Source of the DNA: Octopus vulgaris
Taxonomy: Eukaryota
Direction: 5' to 3'
DNA: 64,000 nucleotides
Assembly (NCBI GenBank): GCA_951406725.2
Contig: OX597814.1
Span: 21,576,001-21,640,000 of the forward strand
The stretch's first letter is position 1; the number at the start of each line of letters is the position of its first letter. Positions 13,020 to 26,540 of this stretch are shown piece by piece. A program made the translations under genes and the position numbers. The notes under the pieces were generated by a model, which was not told where the DNA came from, ran no database searches, and saw only the letters and a program-made list of their open reading frames with translations.

Positions 13020-13276
13020 CTATCTGGTTGAAATCCACTCAATCACACGCCAGATTTTACCATAACGATAAATACGCGTGTGGTTCAATTGATTACATCC
13101 GACGTTATAATTCAAATGCCCCAACTAACAGCGCGCCAAACTTTCACGGAAAACAAATACTGCATTTAGAAATAAATGCAGCATAATTATAATTAATTAA
13201 TAAGGGTGAGAGAATTAGATACTAATTTAATAGTATATCTATTCAACACCAAGTGGCCTAGTGCTCCGAGAAACCT

Positions 13277-13358
13277 GGATTATTATAATATTTTATAATA
13301 TATAATATTTTAGTTTTGGATTATTATAATATTTTATAATATATAATATTTTAGTTTT
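13277..13358. repeat. 2-copy ~41-bp AT-rich tandem duplication
   Basis: GGATTATTATAATATTTTATAATATATAATATTTTAGTTTT twice. Confidence 0.9.
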
Positions 13359-13962
13359 GTTGGTTTCTTGCTCAACTGCGCCCGATACATAATAATCTGG
13401 GGAGATAGGTGGCCAGATGTTAGGTGTGATGTGGTCGCAGAAATTGTCTGACAGCTATGACTGGATTCTCCAGCTTCTGTGGATTTGTGCAGAGTCTTGT
13501 TACCAAACATAGGGTCTTCCAGCAGCCACTCACTTGACCCAGGGCAGCACTACCTCCTCCAGGCACTTGATGTAGGGTTCCGTTTTGAGTCTGAGGCCAT
13601 GTGAGAAGATGAATGGAGACATAGCGTCACCATCACAAGTGATCACTCCAAACACCATGATGTTGAATAAATGTTTGACTCTTATCACTCTCGGTACATG
13701 TTTTAGGAACACGACAAACCAACGGTTGTTCTGTGTGTTAACCATCTGTTCGTATTGGAGTTCCCGGCGCGAATGCCAAGCAGTACAGCCTGTCATTTCC
13801 AAATTCCTAGCACAGTGAATTGTGTCATGGTGTTGTTTTTCTCACAGACGGTGTCCAACTGACCCTACTATGCTATGTAGTCGACAAAAACAAAAATAAA
13901 CAATGCGCAAGTGCGAAATTGAAAATACAAAATGATGACAATTTACCCATCGCACCCTGTAT
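13355..13962 (-). mobile_element. Tc1/mariner (maT/DD37D-like) transposase relic with one TIR
   Basis: Peptide MVFGVITCDG...YIKCLEEVVLPWVK...W*QDSA...WPPISPD. TIR-like TACAGGGTGCGATGGGTAAATTGTC at ~13937-13961. Confidence 0.75.
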
Positions 13963-13969
13963 ACATATG

Positions 13970-14000
<31 letters not shown>

Positions 14001-15097
14001 ATGTGTGTGTATTCAAGTGTTTATGTGCATGCGTGTGTGTGTGTGTGTGTGTGCGGTGCAGAAAGGGGAATCAATAGGCATTGCTACTGTGTTATTACAC
14101 GGCTAACAGTTGAGAAAGAGCTAGAGATAGATGGCAAGTTCAAAATAGACTGGGAAACTAAGAGGCGTTCGTTAATTCTTGCGAGTGATGAAGTGTTTTG
14201 AGTAACTACAAATTCTTTTTCCCTATGTCAACCCACGACGTTGAATCTACCCAGAAGGCGGAGGGTTAAGAATTGAACCGTCATGCTATTGATTTAAAGA
14301 GTAATTAATTATTATTACAGACGTCAAAGAGTTAATCGCTGATATACTGTCCAATATTTTGTGGTCCCTGTTTCTGTTCACAATACCTTTATACGATATT
14401 TCCAACAGCTTATCCAACAAATAGTTTATACAAGAAACTAAATGTCCTAGTGTGTTCAGCAGGCAATTTTCATTTAATTTTGTTATCCATCTGAGCTTCC
14501 TATGTTATTTCCTTATTACGTGCACACCAGGAATCTCCTGGTGTAGCAGCTGTAAACAAGCAGGTATTGATTGTCGAAAACCTATTATCAAATCTTTTCC
14601 TTTTGTATCTAGCGATTTCATCAATAACTTTCCGAGTGGGAGTGGTAGTTATTTTTCTTCCTCCTATCGTCAAAAATGGGCATTATCTAATGATAGGTTA
14701 CAGAAATTGAAAAAGTGTTTCAAACAGCGTTTTTAAATTGTTTCAAACAGATACATACATGCATATAAGTATGTATGTATGTATGTATGTATGTATGTAT
14801 GTATGTATGTATGTATGTATGTATGTATGTATGTATGTATGTATGTATGTGTGTGCATGTGTATGTGTGTGCATGTGTGTGTGTGTGCGTGCGTGCGGAC
14901 ACAGGTGATATATAAAAACAATTTAACACTAAACTGAAGGATTATTCAATTCTTTAGAGTAGAATGCATGTTTATTAAAGCTTTACAAAGCAACTGTTGA
15001 CTGTGATTTCGAAGTAGCGGCTTGTCCTCCGTTAAGGTCAGTGTTAAACTTTTATATACATGCATGTATGTATATATTATAGATATATATATATATG

Positions 15098-15213
<116 letters not shown>

Positions 15214-15225
15214 TTTTTATATATA

Positions 15226-16079
15226 TGGTTAATCCAAACGGGAAAACAGAAAAAACAACAACACGTGGAACAATTAAAGTATTATTATTATTAGGCGCTC
15301 AGGAAAAATGGAAGAAGGAGGGTATGACGTTTCGAGCGGAGCTCTTCGTCGGAAACATAAGAGAAGGAAGAAAGAAGAAAGATCCCGATGTGGGCGAACA
15401 GAGGGAAAAAAACGCGACTGGTTTTTACGAAATAAACATGCTGAAAGGCCGGAAGTTTTGGATAACAAGGGCTGGTTTTTAAAGACAAAAGAGCGGAGAC
15501 AGGAGGGTTGGTAACAAGAATGATGTGTATGTATGTGTGAGTGTGTACGTGTGCGTGTGTGTATGTGTGTGTACGTGTGCGTGTGTGTATGTGTGTGTGA
15601 GGTGAGATAAAAAATATATGCATATGTTAGTGCGTGCGTCTGTATGTAAGTGTGTGTACGTAGGGCGAAAAGTAGTTGACATAGCAGTCTCAAGTGAGTG
15701 GTCAGTAGTAAAAGGAGGAAGGAGGGAATGGGTGGGGGCGTATGTAACGTGCCAGTGTGTGTGTTGAGTGGTAGTGTGTGTGTGTCCAGTGTGCGTAGTT
15801 GTATGTATGGCAAGTAAATTTGAAGTGTGTGTAAGTGTAATGTATATATATATGCAAATGTGTGTGTGTGAGTGCGTGGGAGTGGATGTATGTATGTGTG
15901 TGCGTGTGTGTACAAAAGGGGGGGTATTAAGGAAGCAAACTGCAACTGAGGGAAAGATGGAAGAGTGCTCCCGCGGTGACAGGCGTAGGAGAAACCCAAA
16001 GACACGCGCCGGGCCCCAGATACGAACAGGAGATCTAGTCGGTACCCACGGGCGTGGTGCATGCATGCGTGTATGCGTG

Positions 16080-16080
<1 letters not shown>
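15226..16080 (-). mobile_element. non-coding repeat between (TA)n arrays carrying an HHR-like motif (probable PLE pLTR derivative)
   Basis: Bounded by TA microsatellites; HHR-like motif at 15322-15356. Confidence 0.5.
15322..15356 (-). ncRNA. degenerate minimal hammerhead-like motif
   Basis: GUUU-CCGACGA-a-GAGC(ucc)GCUC-GAAAC-GUC-AUAC: U4C change, extra A, one stem I mismatch. Confidence 0.5.
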
Positions 16081-16123
<43 letters not shown>

Positions 16124-16283
16124 AAGAAGTCATCTTATCATGGCTAACCACATTGGGGAGGGGTGTTACTGTAGCTTTATAGCCCCAAGAGATCGTCGTC
16201 TCTAGCTGGCTTTAGACACAATATCAGTGCCCTTGGAGTATTTGCAAAGGGAGGCCATCCCTTCCTCGCAAGCCTGAGTGATA

Positions 16284-16326
16284 CGCTCGAACTAGTTTCG
16301 CGATTTTTGTCCCTCGTCAACGGGCG
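16284..16326 (-). ncRNA. hammerhead-like motif, left arm (stem II mismatch)
   Basis: Reverse complement of 16394-16436 with UCGC in place of UCCC. Confidence 0.5.
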
Positions 16327-16393
16327 GTAACCACCAGGTCGCGATGAAAGTGAAGGCTGCTTTGCAAATATATATAAGTTACCTGGTGGTTAC

Positions 16394-16436
16394 CGCCCGT
16401 TGACGAGGGACAAAAATCCCGAAACTAGTTCGAGCG
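16394..16436 (+). ncRNA. minimal hammerhead-like motif, U3 core variant
   Basis: CGCCCG-UUGACGA-GGGA(caaaaa)UCCC-GAAA-CUAG-UU-CGAGCG. Confidence 0.65.
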
Positions 16437-16652
16437 TATCACTCAGGCTTGCGAGGAAGGGATGGCCTCCCTTTGCAAATACTCCAAGGGCACTGATATT
16501 GTGTCTAAAGCCAGCTAGAGACGACGATCTCTTGGGGCTATAAAGCTACAGTAACACCCCTCCCCAATGTGGTTAGCCATGATAAGATGGCTTCTTTACT
16601 TTACATTATCGAGCGATTACTGTTTCAATCTCATTCTGAGATTTAATTATGC

Positions 16653-16708
<56 letters not shown>

Positions 16709-17391
16709 GAAAAGCCCGCCCTTACCAGGCAATTTTTACAATAGAATGTCTTATATAAGTTCTTATTTATTCCATGCCTTCCCCGACAGAGAGGCCTCTT
16801 AACCGGGACAGATTTAAGCAACTTTTCGCCCAAAAACTTCGTTGTGGATTTTTTTTTCCTTTTTAAACTATTTACATTTGTTCGACCGTTTCACATGACT
16901 TTATTCATTAAAACTTCAGTTCTTACAGCTTTGGTCGTCGTAATGCTTTGCCTTCGTTTGTTTAATAAAAAATTCCTCCTACTAATGATTTTGCTTTCAT
17001 TTCGTGATACACAGCTATCATGCAGAAAATTCCAGCTTCCAAATCCTGTTTTCTGATTAGGTAAAATTGACTAAACTTTAAATCTCAGTAACATTTTCCT
17101 GCAACTTTTCAGCGACAAACAAATGAACATGCACAAACGTACATGCTTAGCTATGACATGCCCAATGTTTGTTTCCTGTAACACTTTAAACTGCTGTAAA
17201 TAGCAGACAGATTTTCACGAGATTTGTTCATAGCATCCGAATAAATCTTGGTTTAAACATATGAAAGTATGAATGTAAGTATACATACATGAATTCAAAT
17301 ATACATTTTTTATATATGTACGTGTGCGTATGTATGTGTGTGTGTGTGTGTGGTGTGTATGTGTATGTGTGTGTGGTGTGTGTTTGTGTGT

Positions 17392-17432
<41 letters not shown>

Positions 17433-17437
17433 TGTGA

Positions 17438-17485
<48 letters not shown>

Positions 17486-18089
17486 ATCTATACTCTATAA
17501 GCTCTTACACGCTAATTCAAAGACCATGTAGTTCATAATACACGTCGTCGAAAACCATGGAAATTCACGTACGTGAGCGTGGCAAATAGCGTGTTATAAG
17601 AGCACTGGGGGTAAGGTACTTGTTCGCTAGGTAAGGCTTGTCTCAAAGACAAGGTTATTCTGATATAATTAACCCAATGAGTAGGGAATAATCTTGGTCG
17701 TTCAAGCGATTCACAATTGGTGCTGAAAGTCAAGATGCCACAGCACGCCCGAGCTAACGACCTTTATTGACACAAAATACGCTATCTCGGCTTCCGTCTG
17801 GAGTATGGCAGTAGGAGTGGCCAGGATATGTAAGGTGTTGCGCAATCTAGCCGGCCCTAAATTTCTGTACTGATACTGCGTTGCTGACATTCCTTTAATC
17901 ACTTAATGGTCTTACTCAAACATGACTGGACAGTCAAAATGTATGTATGTATGTATGTATGTATGTATGTCGTTGTTCAATTTTATTTCAAGATATCTTG
18001 CCAATAGAGAAAGAGTCGGTATTTAATCATTTAAATTCTTTCTCTAAAAAAAGAGCTGGTCTCTAACAAAGATACAAAGGTCCATCTTT

Positions 18090-20120
18090 GGAAAGTAGAT
18101 AACAATAACAATGTCACATCTTAAACTTGAGAAAAGTCTCTTGCAGATAGTATTTGTAATGTGCGAATCAGTGCGCTGATTTGTTTTTCTGAAAATCCAA
18201 GTTTATCCAGACTGACAGTTAGGCATTTACTTACAAAACCAAGTGCGCCAATTATTATTGGTATAAATTTGTAATCCTGTTATAAAAGCTACAAGTTTCG
18301 CAGCTGCTGCCCATAGTTATCTTCTTTCTCTTTGATTTTCAAAGTGATATTCACACCAGCGGGACAGCTAACGTCTATAACGGTACATAGTCTGTCCCAA
18401 ACAATACCCGATCTGTTATGTTTAATCTTGACATGTTTTGATGTGAATGTTTCACTAGTATTCCTTCAGCCATTATTTGTGTACGTATTCAATAACAAGA
18501 GGATTTTCTATATTTATTCCAGGACAGTCATTTTTCAAAATGGTATTGTATCATTGTTTTTGCAACATCGTTATGTCACATTCGGAGATAGTACTTTGAT
18601 GACATTTTTCGGCAGCTGCTAATCACATGCGGGATGTCTTTCACAGAAGTATGACATAATCTACATCTTGGAACTACAAGGACTTCACTGTCTCTTTTGT
18701 TGATTAGATAAATAGTAGCAATATCCTGTTTTTGGATTGCAAATGCACAGCCTTCGAAATGTGATGCTGTGTAATGGGTCGAGTATCCAAGAAAGGCTTC
18801 GCTTCATGTCAATGTTACTATCTTCTTCAAGTCTACGAGAAATATACCCATGCATAGTCTTTTTTTACTATGATGAGCGTTTCATTTCCAGCTCTTCTTT
18901 CAGGTTGTCCGGCTGATTAGGGGCTTGTATGGGAGGTCATCAGGAAGAGTGTACTTCATGAGGGACTCAATTCCATCACGTAGAATATTGTTTTCTTCAC
19001 TTTTCAGCACTAAATTAGTGTATTTATTTTTGCTGCTGCTGTTGTTTACAAATGCTGTCTGAGACAGACTATGTAACATTCGAAGGTTGTCTGAACTGAT
19101 CTCAAACCCCGACCTCCTTTATCTCTTCTTATGTAGAGCCTGTCTATATCACTATCTTTGTGGATGCTTCCAGCTGATTTTAGAATCTTGCGGGTTTTAA
19201 TATCTACGGAGTGGGTTTTTCTATAGGCCAGTCAAGTATCCCAAATGTTGGAATCAGATCTGATACTTCAAAGGAATTGCAAGGTATTGTTTTAAGAGGA
19301 GAGTTCGGTCTACCATATTTTTCTTAGTCTGGTTTAATATTTATGGGTCACTATCTTTATTCGCAGTAACTTGGTATGATATATTTTCATCAATACCAAG
19401 GTACTTGTAGCATTCTTTGTGCGGGACAGGAGAAATAGTGAGGCCACTGATGCACAGGTTTTGTGTCTCGGAGACTGATATTCCCCGTTCAACAATTAAA
19501 TAAGATTATTTCTTCTGACAAAATTCCATTCCTATGTCAGCTGAAAATGTTGTTATTATTTCTAGTTGGGTTTTTTTTCTGTCTTTTTTTTTTGGCATTA
19601 CTCTTTTACTCTTTTACTTGTTTCAGTCATTTGACTGCGGCCATGCTGGAGCACCGCCTTTAATCGAGCAACTCGACCCCGGGACATATTCTTTTGTAAG
19701 CTCAGTACTTATTCTATCGGTCTCTTTTGCCGAACCGCTAAGTAACGGGGACATAAACACACCAGCATTGGTTGTCAAGCAATGCTAGGAGGACAAACAC
19801 AGACACACAAACACACACACGCATATATATATATACACATATACGACGGGCTTCTTTCAGTTTCCGTCTACCAAATCCACTCACAAGGCTTTGGTCAGCC
19901 CGAGGCTATAGTAGATAACACTTGCCCAAGGTGCCACGCAGTGGGACTGAACCCGGAACCATGTGGTTGGTAGACAAGCTACTTACCACACAGCCACTCC
20001 TGCGCATTGTTAACATTTTTAACATAAGCCTTAAGGTCATCCACACAGAAATTATGGGTTACATTAATATCTCTTGCAGTTACAGACCCTAGCATGTAGC
20101 CTTTTGATTTTGTAGCAGGA
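18090..20120 (-). mobile_element. degraded R4/Dong-like non-LTR retrotransposon, interrupted by a SINE
   Basis: Remnant motifs THNFCVDDLK (RT, 20030-20060), YKYLGIDE, HKDSDIDRLYIRRDKGGRGL and KFIPIIIGALG. Frameshifts and stops. Confidence 0.8.
19598..20005 (-). mobile_element. SINE family A copy nested in a LINE
   Basis: Homologous to 862-1316. Confidence 0.85.
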
Positions 20121-20234
20121 ATGATATGTATGTGTGTGTATGTGTGTGTAGATGGATGGATGGATTGATGGATTTTGTATGTATGTATGTATGTATGTAT
20201 GTATGTATGTATGTATGTATGTATGCACGTATGT

Positions 20235-20365
20235 ATGCGTTGGTCTTCCACGGAGTTTCCATCAATGAAGTCCACTCTCAAAGCATTGGTCGGCCTACAG
20301 CGCCATGCAGTAGAACTGAACCTGAAACCATGTGGTTATGGAGCGAAATACTTAACCACACTGTC
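20235..20365 (-). mobile_element. partial SINE family A head
   Basis: Diverged match to the 5' part of family A. Confidence 0.6.
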
Positions 20366-20752
20366 ATTTAATTAATTAATATATTTTACTAATTAATTTA
20401 TATCTTTTACTTGAGTAACTAAGACGAGAATATGCAAGAGTCAAGACACTTTTCACACATTTCGAGATTAGTGAGAGGTGAAGATGAACGAATTCTCAAA
20501 CCTGGAGCGAATGTATGCAACGAAGTGAAGTCTGCTAAGGGTACTAAGGAATAAGTGCTTGTTTTAGTCAGGATGACTGGTGAATATATACTGATAGTGT
20601 TCTTAATAAAAGCATGAACATTACCTCATCTCTTTTCAATATGCTAAGTCAAAATTAACCAATATTCTAATGATGCTAAATTTTCCAAATTATTATCTCT
20701 GTCTGCACTTATTTTTTCACTCTCTTTGTTACATCTTCCTATCTTTATATAT

Positions 20753-20808
<56 letters not shown>

Positions 20809-21004
20809 GTATCTCTCTCTCTCTCTCTCAAACACACACACACAGACAGTATCTCTTTCCCTCCTATTCTCTCTCTACCATTATAGCTCTATATCACAGT
20901 TTATCTCCCTCTCATTCTCTTGCTCTCTTTTTGTGTTCTCCTGATTCTTTTTCACTTTCGTTCTTCACTTAGAGCGGTAATACTGCTTTTGCCCCCAGAG
21001 ATAC

Positions 21005-21370
21005 TGGCATGGCTGCATGGTTAGGAAGCTCGCTTTACAACAACGTGGTTTCGGGTTCAGTTCTACTGTATGACACTTTGGGCAAGTGTCCTCTACTATA
21101 GTCCCAGCTCGGCTTTCGCCTTTAAGGTGAATTTGTTTGACAGAAATTGTATAGAAGCCCGTCGTATACTACATGTATATGTGTGTACGTGTTTGTATTT
21201 ATCTCCACACCATCGCTTGACAACCGGTGTTGGTTTGTTTACGTTCCTGTTAGTGTGTCTGCCCAGCAAAAGACATTGATAGAATAAGTACCAAACTTTA
21301 AAAACAAGTACCGAAGTCGATTTCCGCGTGTTGCTCCAACATGGCCACAATTCAATGATAAGTAAATGAT
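21005..21370 (+). mobile_element. diverged SINE family A copy
   Basis: GGGTTCAGTTCTACTG...CATCGCTTGACAACCGGTGTTGG...GATAGAATAAGTACC. Confidence 0.75.
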
Positions 21371-21874
21371 AAACGATACCATAAGTTTTCTTTCCAGCTA
21401 ATATTATATTCAAAACTTCCTACTTTCGGAACACACATCCTTCCATCAATTCCTTCTGTCTTCTATGGCCTTCCATACCTTTCTTTCTTTCTTGTCATTT
21501 TTCCTTCTTCCATTCTTTCTTGCTTGTTTGCTTTCTTCTGTTTCTTTTTCTTTCTTTATTTCCTCTGCCTTTTCCCTTAATTTTTGCATAACTTAATACT
21601 TCTTTTTCCATTATTTTAAAATCTTTTCTCCTAATTCATTCATTCTCTTTCCTTTTCTCTTTAATGTCTGTTTATCCATCTATTTATCAATATTTCTATA
21701 TATCTAGATATGTTTCTTATTCATTTTCCCGCTCTTCCACGCATCCAGTTCCATCACTGTTTTTGTCTCCACGACCCTCGTCCTTGTTGAACTCACTCTT
21801 TCTCTCTTCAGTTTCATAGGTGGAAAGAATGAATAAATCTCACTCTCCTTCTCATCAAGTATTTTCTGTCATTT

Positions 21875-21943
<69 letters not shown>

Positions 21944-22796
21944 TTATCTTTCTCACTCGGTTTCTGGCTATCTTTTTTTTTTTCTCTATTTTCCCTCAAA
22001 ACCATACAACTTTTTTTCTGTTCTTCGCAGATGTATCTCTTTTCATCACTTTACCAATTCTTTGTTGACTCCTTCGCCTCCCCAATTTTGCCATATTTAT
22101 ATCATCTCTAATTGCCTGGCTATTCAACACGATTGCTCAATATATTGATATATTGGAATATCTCTGTATATTACACCATATGAATCCCTCTCTCCCTCTC
22201 TCTCTCTTTCTCTCCCCCCCTCTCTCTCTTTCTCTCTTCCCCCACCTATCTCTCGCTTTTTCTTGCAATCACTAATCGAAATGCGCGCAAACGAAGAAGC
22301 ATTCATATCAGCACAAACATAGCCTCAGATACATTCGCACACATAAACACACATTTATATATTCAGGGTGGTAGAATTCATAAAGGAATTGATCATAGAT
22401 ATAAGAGTAAAGTCTTTAATACTATTGATTTCTTCTGAGAACGTACAAGGTCAAAATTTGTTGAAGAATATGGTCGACAGATCGGTATCCGTTTTGCTAC
22501 TGGTATATAGATATTTTTTTCACAGATACCAAGAAGGATGAAAACCAAATCCGCTTTCATGAGACTCAAAACCCAGAATTGAAAAGGATGATGCCAAATC
22601 GTTTAAAGAATTTAGTCTTGCGCTCTATAGTAATATTATTATTTCTATTTTTATTGACTCGTAAGAGTGTCGTAGAAAGTTACATAAGGATTGCAAATCT
22701 TGCCAAGGTCAATTCTATATTTCGTCCTGGGATCTATATAATAAAATATTAGTCAATACTGAGAATAAATATAATCGTCTACACCCACCCCAGCCA

Positions 22797-22856
<60 letters not shown>

Positions 22857-22859
<3 letters not shown>

Positions 22860-24118
22860 TAGTTTTATTTTTATAGCGTGCTTTCACTTCACTACCGAGC
22901 GCAGCTCTGTGTGCCTTGGGTATGTGCTGTGATTTGTTGTGATGCTCTGATGGTTATTGTATGGAAAGTGTTCTGCGTAGGATGTGTGCAGGGTCTAGTA
23001 GTGCAATTTTCTGTATGTTATATGTGTTTGTAAGTCCTGGTGTTTTTGCTATGTATTTGTCTGAATATTTTTTTATCATGCCTAATGCACCTACTATGAT
23101 AGGAATTGTTTCTGTTTTCAGATTCCACATTCTAGTTACCTCTATTTCCAGGTCTTTGTATTTTGAGAGTTTCTCCATTTCTTTTAGAGACACGTTGTCA
23201 TCAGCCGGTATTGATACATCAATTAGAAAGCATTTTTTTCTTCATGGTCTCTGACAACTATATCTGGTCTGTTGGCCTTAATTTCTCTGTCTGTGTGTAT
23301 CGGCATATCCCAGAGTATGGTTGCTTTCTCGTTTTCTGTGACCTTTTCTGGTGTGTGCCTATACCATCTTTTTTCTTGGCATAGCTTCCAATGTATGTAG
23401 GTTCCAACTCTGTCATGTCTGTGAATATATTCCTTCTTAGCCAGGACTGGGCAGCTAGAGATAATATGATTTATTGTTTCTTGTCCATCTCCACATATTC
23501 TGCAGTTACTTGTAATATTTCTTTTCATTACATGTTTTTGGTAATTTCTGGTGGGGAGGCTTTGGTCTTGTGCTGCAATTAAAAATCCCTCTGTTTCTGC
23601 TTTGAGTCCTGAGCTTCTCAACCATTGCTGGGATTTTTCTTTGTCTATTTCTTTTGCGTTTAGTTTAGTCCAGTATTTACCATGAAGTGGCTTTTCTTGC
23701 CATCGTTTTATCATGGTTCGTTGTTGTTCTATTTTTAGTTTGGATTTCATTTGTTTTATAGCTTTTGTTGTTTCTTTATCTTCTTCTTCTTCTTCTTCAT
23801 GTTTATTAGGTGGTATGATTTCTTGTTTGTATTTGTCAGCTTCCTTAAATACTGAGAACAGTTTTTTGTTTTGCTCGTGTTTTGCCGCTATCTGGATCAG
23901 TTTTCCTTCCTTCTGAAGTAGATATTTTTGCAGTCCTATGGTGGTTATTTTATAGTAGTTTTCCAGCTGTATAAGGCCTCTACCACCTTTTATACGTTGT
24001 ATATATAGTCTTTCTATGTCAGATTTTGGGTGATGCATCCTAGATCCTGTCATTATTTTTCTTGTTTTCCTATCTATTTTGGTCAGTTCATTTCGTGTCC
24101 AGTTAAGGATATTGTAGC

Positions 24119-24120
<2 letters not shown>
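22857..24120 (-). mobile_element. 5'-truncated R4/Dong-clade LINE (post-RT region, CCHC knuckle, restriction-like endonuclease)
   Basis: GGRGL, CRICGDGQETINHIISSC, RHD, RPDIVV...IDVSIP...EKLSKY and PIIVGALG. One frameshift at the T-run 23233-23239. Flanked on both sides by (ATT)n. Confidence 0.92.
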
Positions 24121-24155
<35 letters not shown>

Positions 24156-24166
24156 CATCATCATCC

Positions 24167-24225
<59 letters not shown>

Positions 24226-24254
24226 TTTTATTTATTTATTTTTTTTTATATTAG

Positions 24255-24538
24255 TGTCTCTGCACAGCTTCTAACGCTGGAGATATACTACATTGTCAGC
24301 TGTTCACTACCAATAAATTAAGGTAACACCTCTTATTTTTCGGGCACCTTCCGGAGTAAATGAGCGGTTCCAAGCAGTGCGGTTTTCTGCAAGTGCTCCA
24401 CCTTATTGCAGCCCCTATTTGTTTCGTCTACTCCTCAAGACTTTTACTCACTGTTCCCAGGGCTCCGACAATTATTGGTACCACCGCCACTTTTTTTAGC
24501 GATGAAAACTGCTTAACTTCCGAAGCTAACCTGTCACT
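24255..24538 (-). mobile_element. 3' fragment of a second R4/Dong-like family
   Basis: KVAVVPIIVGALGTVSKSL...LQKTALLGTAHLLRKV plus 3' UTR abutting (ATT)n. Confidence 0.8.
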
Positions 24539-26059
24539 TTTACAGTTCTATATTTAAGAGATGAGTAATTATGTACATTATTTACATTATTTCCAATCAA
24601 TTTAGATCACTTAAAACATACGGCAGTGGGAAACCGTATATATTGAAACGCTGTACTGAAGTTACAATGCTGTATTTAAAACATTTTACACCTCAATCTA
24701 GTAGTTTGTATACTATACTTATTTGATAAAACTCTAAAAACAGAACAATCTAAGGAAGACGTTTCGCAATAAACAGTCCCACTGTAACTTTTCTTTTCGA
24801 AAATTTCTCTTCATTTCTGTTTTTAACACGTTTGTAAAAAAAAAAGAAGGGTAGATAAAAATATATAAATAGCTATTTCTGAAATTCGTAGATAAAAAAT
24901 AAGCTTTAAATAAAATCTAAGCAACGAAAATATATTACAGTATAATTATTTTTCCTCAAACATTGTACTTCTTTCAAAGAAGTCTTCTGGGGGACTGCAA
25001 TTTTCCCAGCTCAGGAATAGATCATCGATGCAAAGTAGCCCGTCTGTAATGGTTCGCCAGTTTTCTAGCATTAAACAAACTCCATCTCCTTTTACAATAT
25101 TGCAAGTGACCAGGTAGCTGACCGTTTGCTGGACACATTCACCATTACATGCTCTGTTCAACGAAGATGTCAAGTTTTGTTGCATCACAGTTCAAATGCT
25201 GCAAGAGTCAGCTTTACTTTTCCCAATTCTTAGGTGAATAAAATACTACTTGGCAAGTACTAGAGTCTATTTAATTTACTGTACTACCTTATCAAATATA
25301 TGACTTTTTATCAATGTTAGGAACCCTTATTGATAGTAGTATGTAGTAATGCTAGGAGTAGTAGCGTTTACAGTGCAGGAATAAATGACTTTGCAGTAGT
25401 AGGCTATGTTTCTTTACTTTCTAAATTCAAATCGTACCTGAAGCGACTTTTCCTTTCATCTTTTCGGTGTTGAGTGTTGAATTCCTATTAAATACCAGAC
25501 TGAGTGAGACGTGTTTGTATGTGATATTGGCTTTCTTGGGGTGAAAAAATCCCTCAGAATGTAAGTCAATAAGTTGTCGTCTGCTATTTGGCAGGTTCAG
25601 GCTAAGGATAAGGAAAGATTGATTCCCCTATATAATGAAACTCGGGTCAAGGACAGCCTCATTGTGTTTGGTTTTATTGATAATTCATTTTGTCGAGAAA
25701 TTTCACTCTGTAAAAGATGACATGAAAGCTCGAAAATTCATTGTTAATTAAGTCGAACAGATTGCTGTCTGTTTTTGTATGTTACAGTTGAATATGATTG
25801 ATAATACATTTTCCTATAACTGAACTTCACGATAAAAAGAAACAGGCCTTGAGGCACCGAAATAATTGTTAGAGATATTTTGGTTGAAGTAATATTTCTG
25901 CAAGCAATACGACTTCTATCTTATGAAAATCTGTAGCTCAATACTTGAATTCTGATGTGCTGATAATAAATACCTTAGCGACCTTTATCAGTGACTAATC
26001 AAAACTGAATATATGTGATCACGCTTGATCTCACATAAGAATGGTTGAATAAAATGGCC

Positions 26060-26540
26060 ACGTATTCGAGCAGGACAATGCTCTCTCCCACAAGGCCAGG
26101 GTCATCATGGACTTCCTGCGTCAGCACATCAGAACTATACCGTGGCCGGCTCTCAGCCCGGATTTAAAACCAATTGACCACCTGTGGAATGAAATCCAGA
26201 GACGGCTGAATCATGTGGTCGTAAGGTCAATAACTCGTGTGGAACTGGAGGCAGCTTTCCTCAGGATGTGGGCACAGGTGCCAATGGCTTTTGTGAACCG
26301 CCTCATGCACTCCATGTACCGATGGTGTACGGCCGTTTTGAAGACCCAGGGAGGGCATACACGGTATTAACAATGCCACGCCCTACAATCTCAATGTGAT
26401 ACTAGAACACATGACAACAACCCAAAGTGCATTCAAGAAACAGACTTTATCAGATTTATCAAAATTTATCTCTGATATAATGAAATTAAAACATGTTTCA
26501 CAGTCACACACGTCTCGCGTTTCTTTTGCGGTTCAGTGTA
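26060..26540 (+). mobile_element. Tc1-like transposon 3' fragment
   Basis: FEQDNA.SH...WPALSPDLKPIDHLW...GGHTRY, ending in TIR-like TTTTGCGGTTCAGTG|TA. Confidence 0.85.

Larger units (their letters stand above)
16122..16598. mobile_element. ~218-bp inverted repeat (arms 16122-16339 and 16381-16598), each arm with an HHR-like motif
   Basis: Arms are near-perfect reverse complements separated by a 41-nt spacer, next to (TA)n. Confidence 0.85.

Noticed and set aside
24946-25235. Possible exon or ORF in unique sequence (also 8000-8210 and 14450-14700)
   Set aside because: No recognisable domain and no consistent splice or frame evidence by eye.
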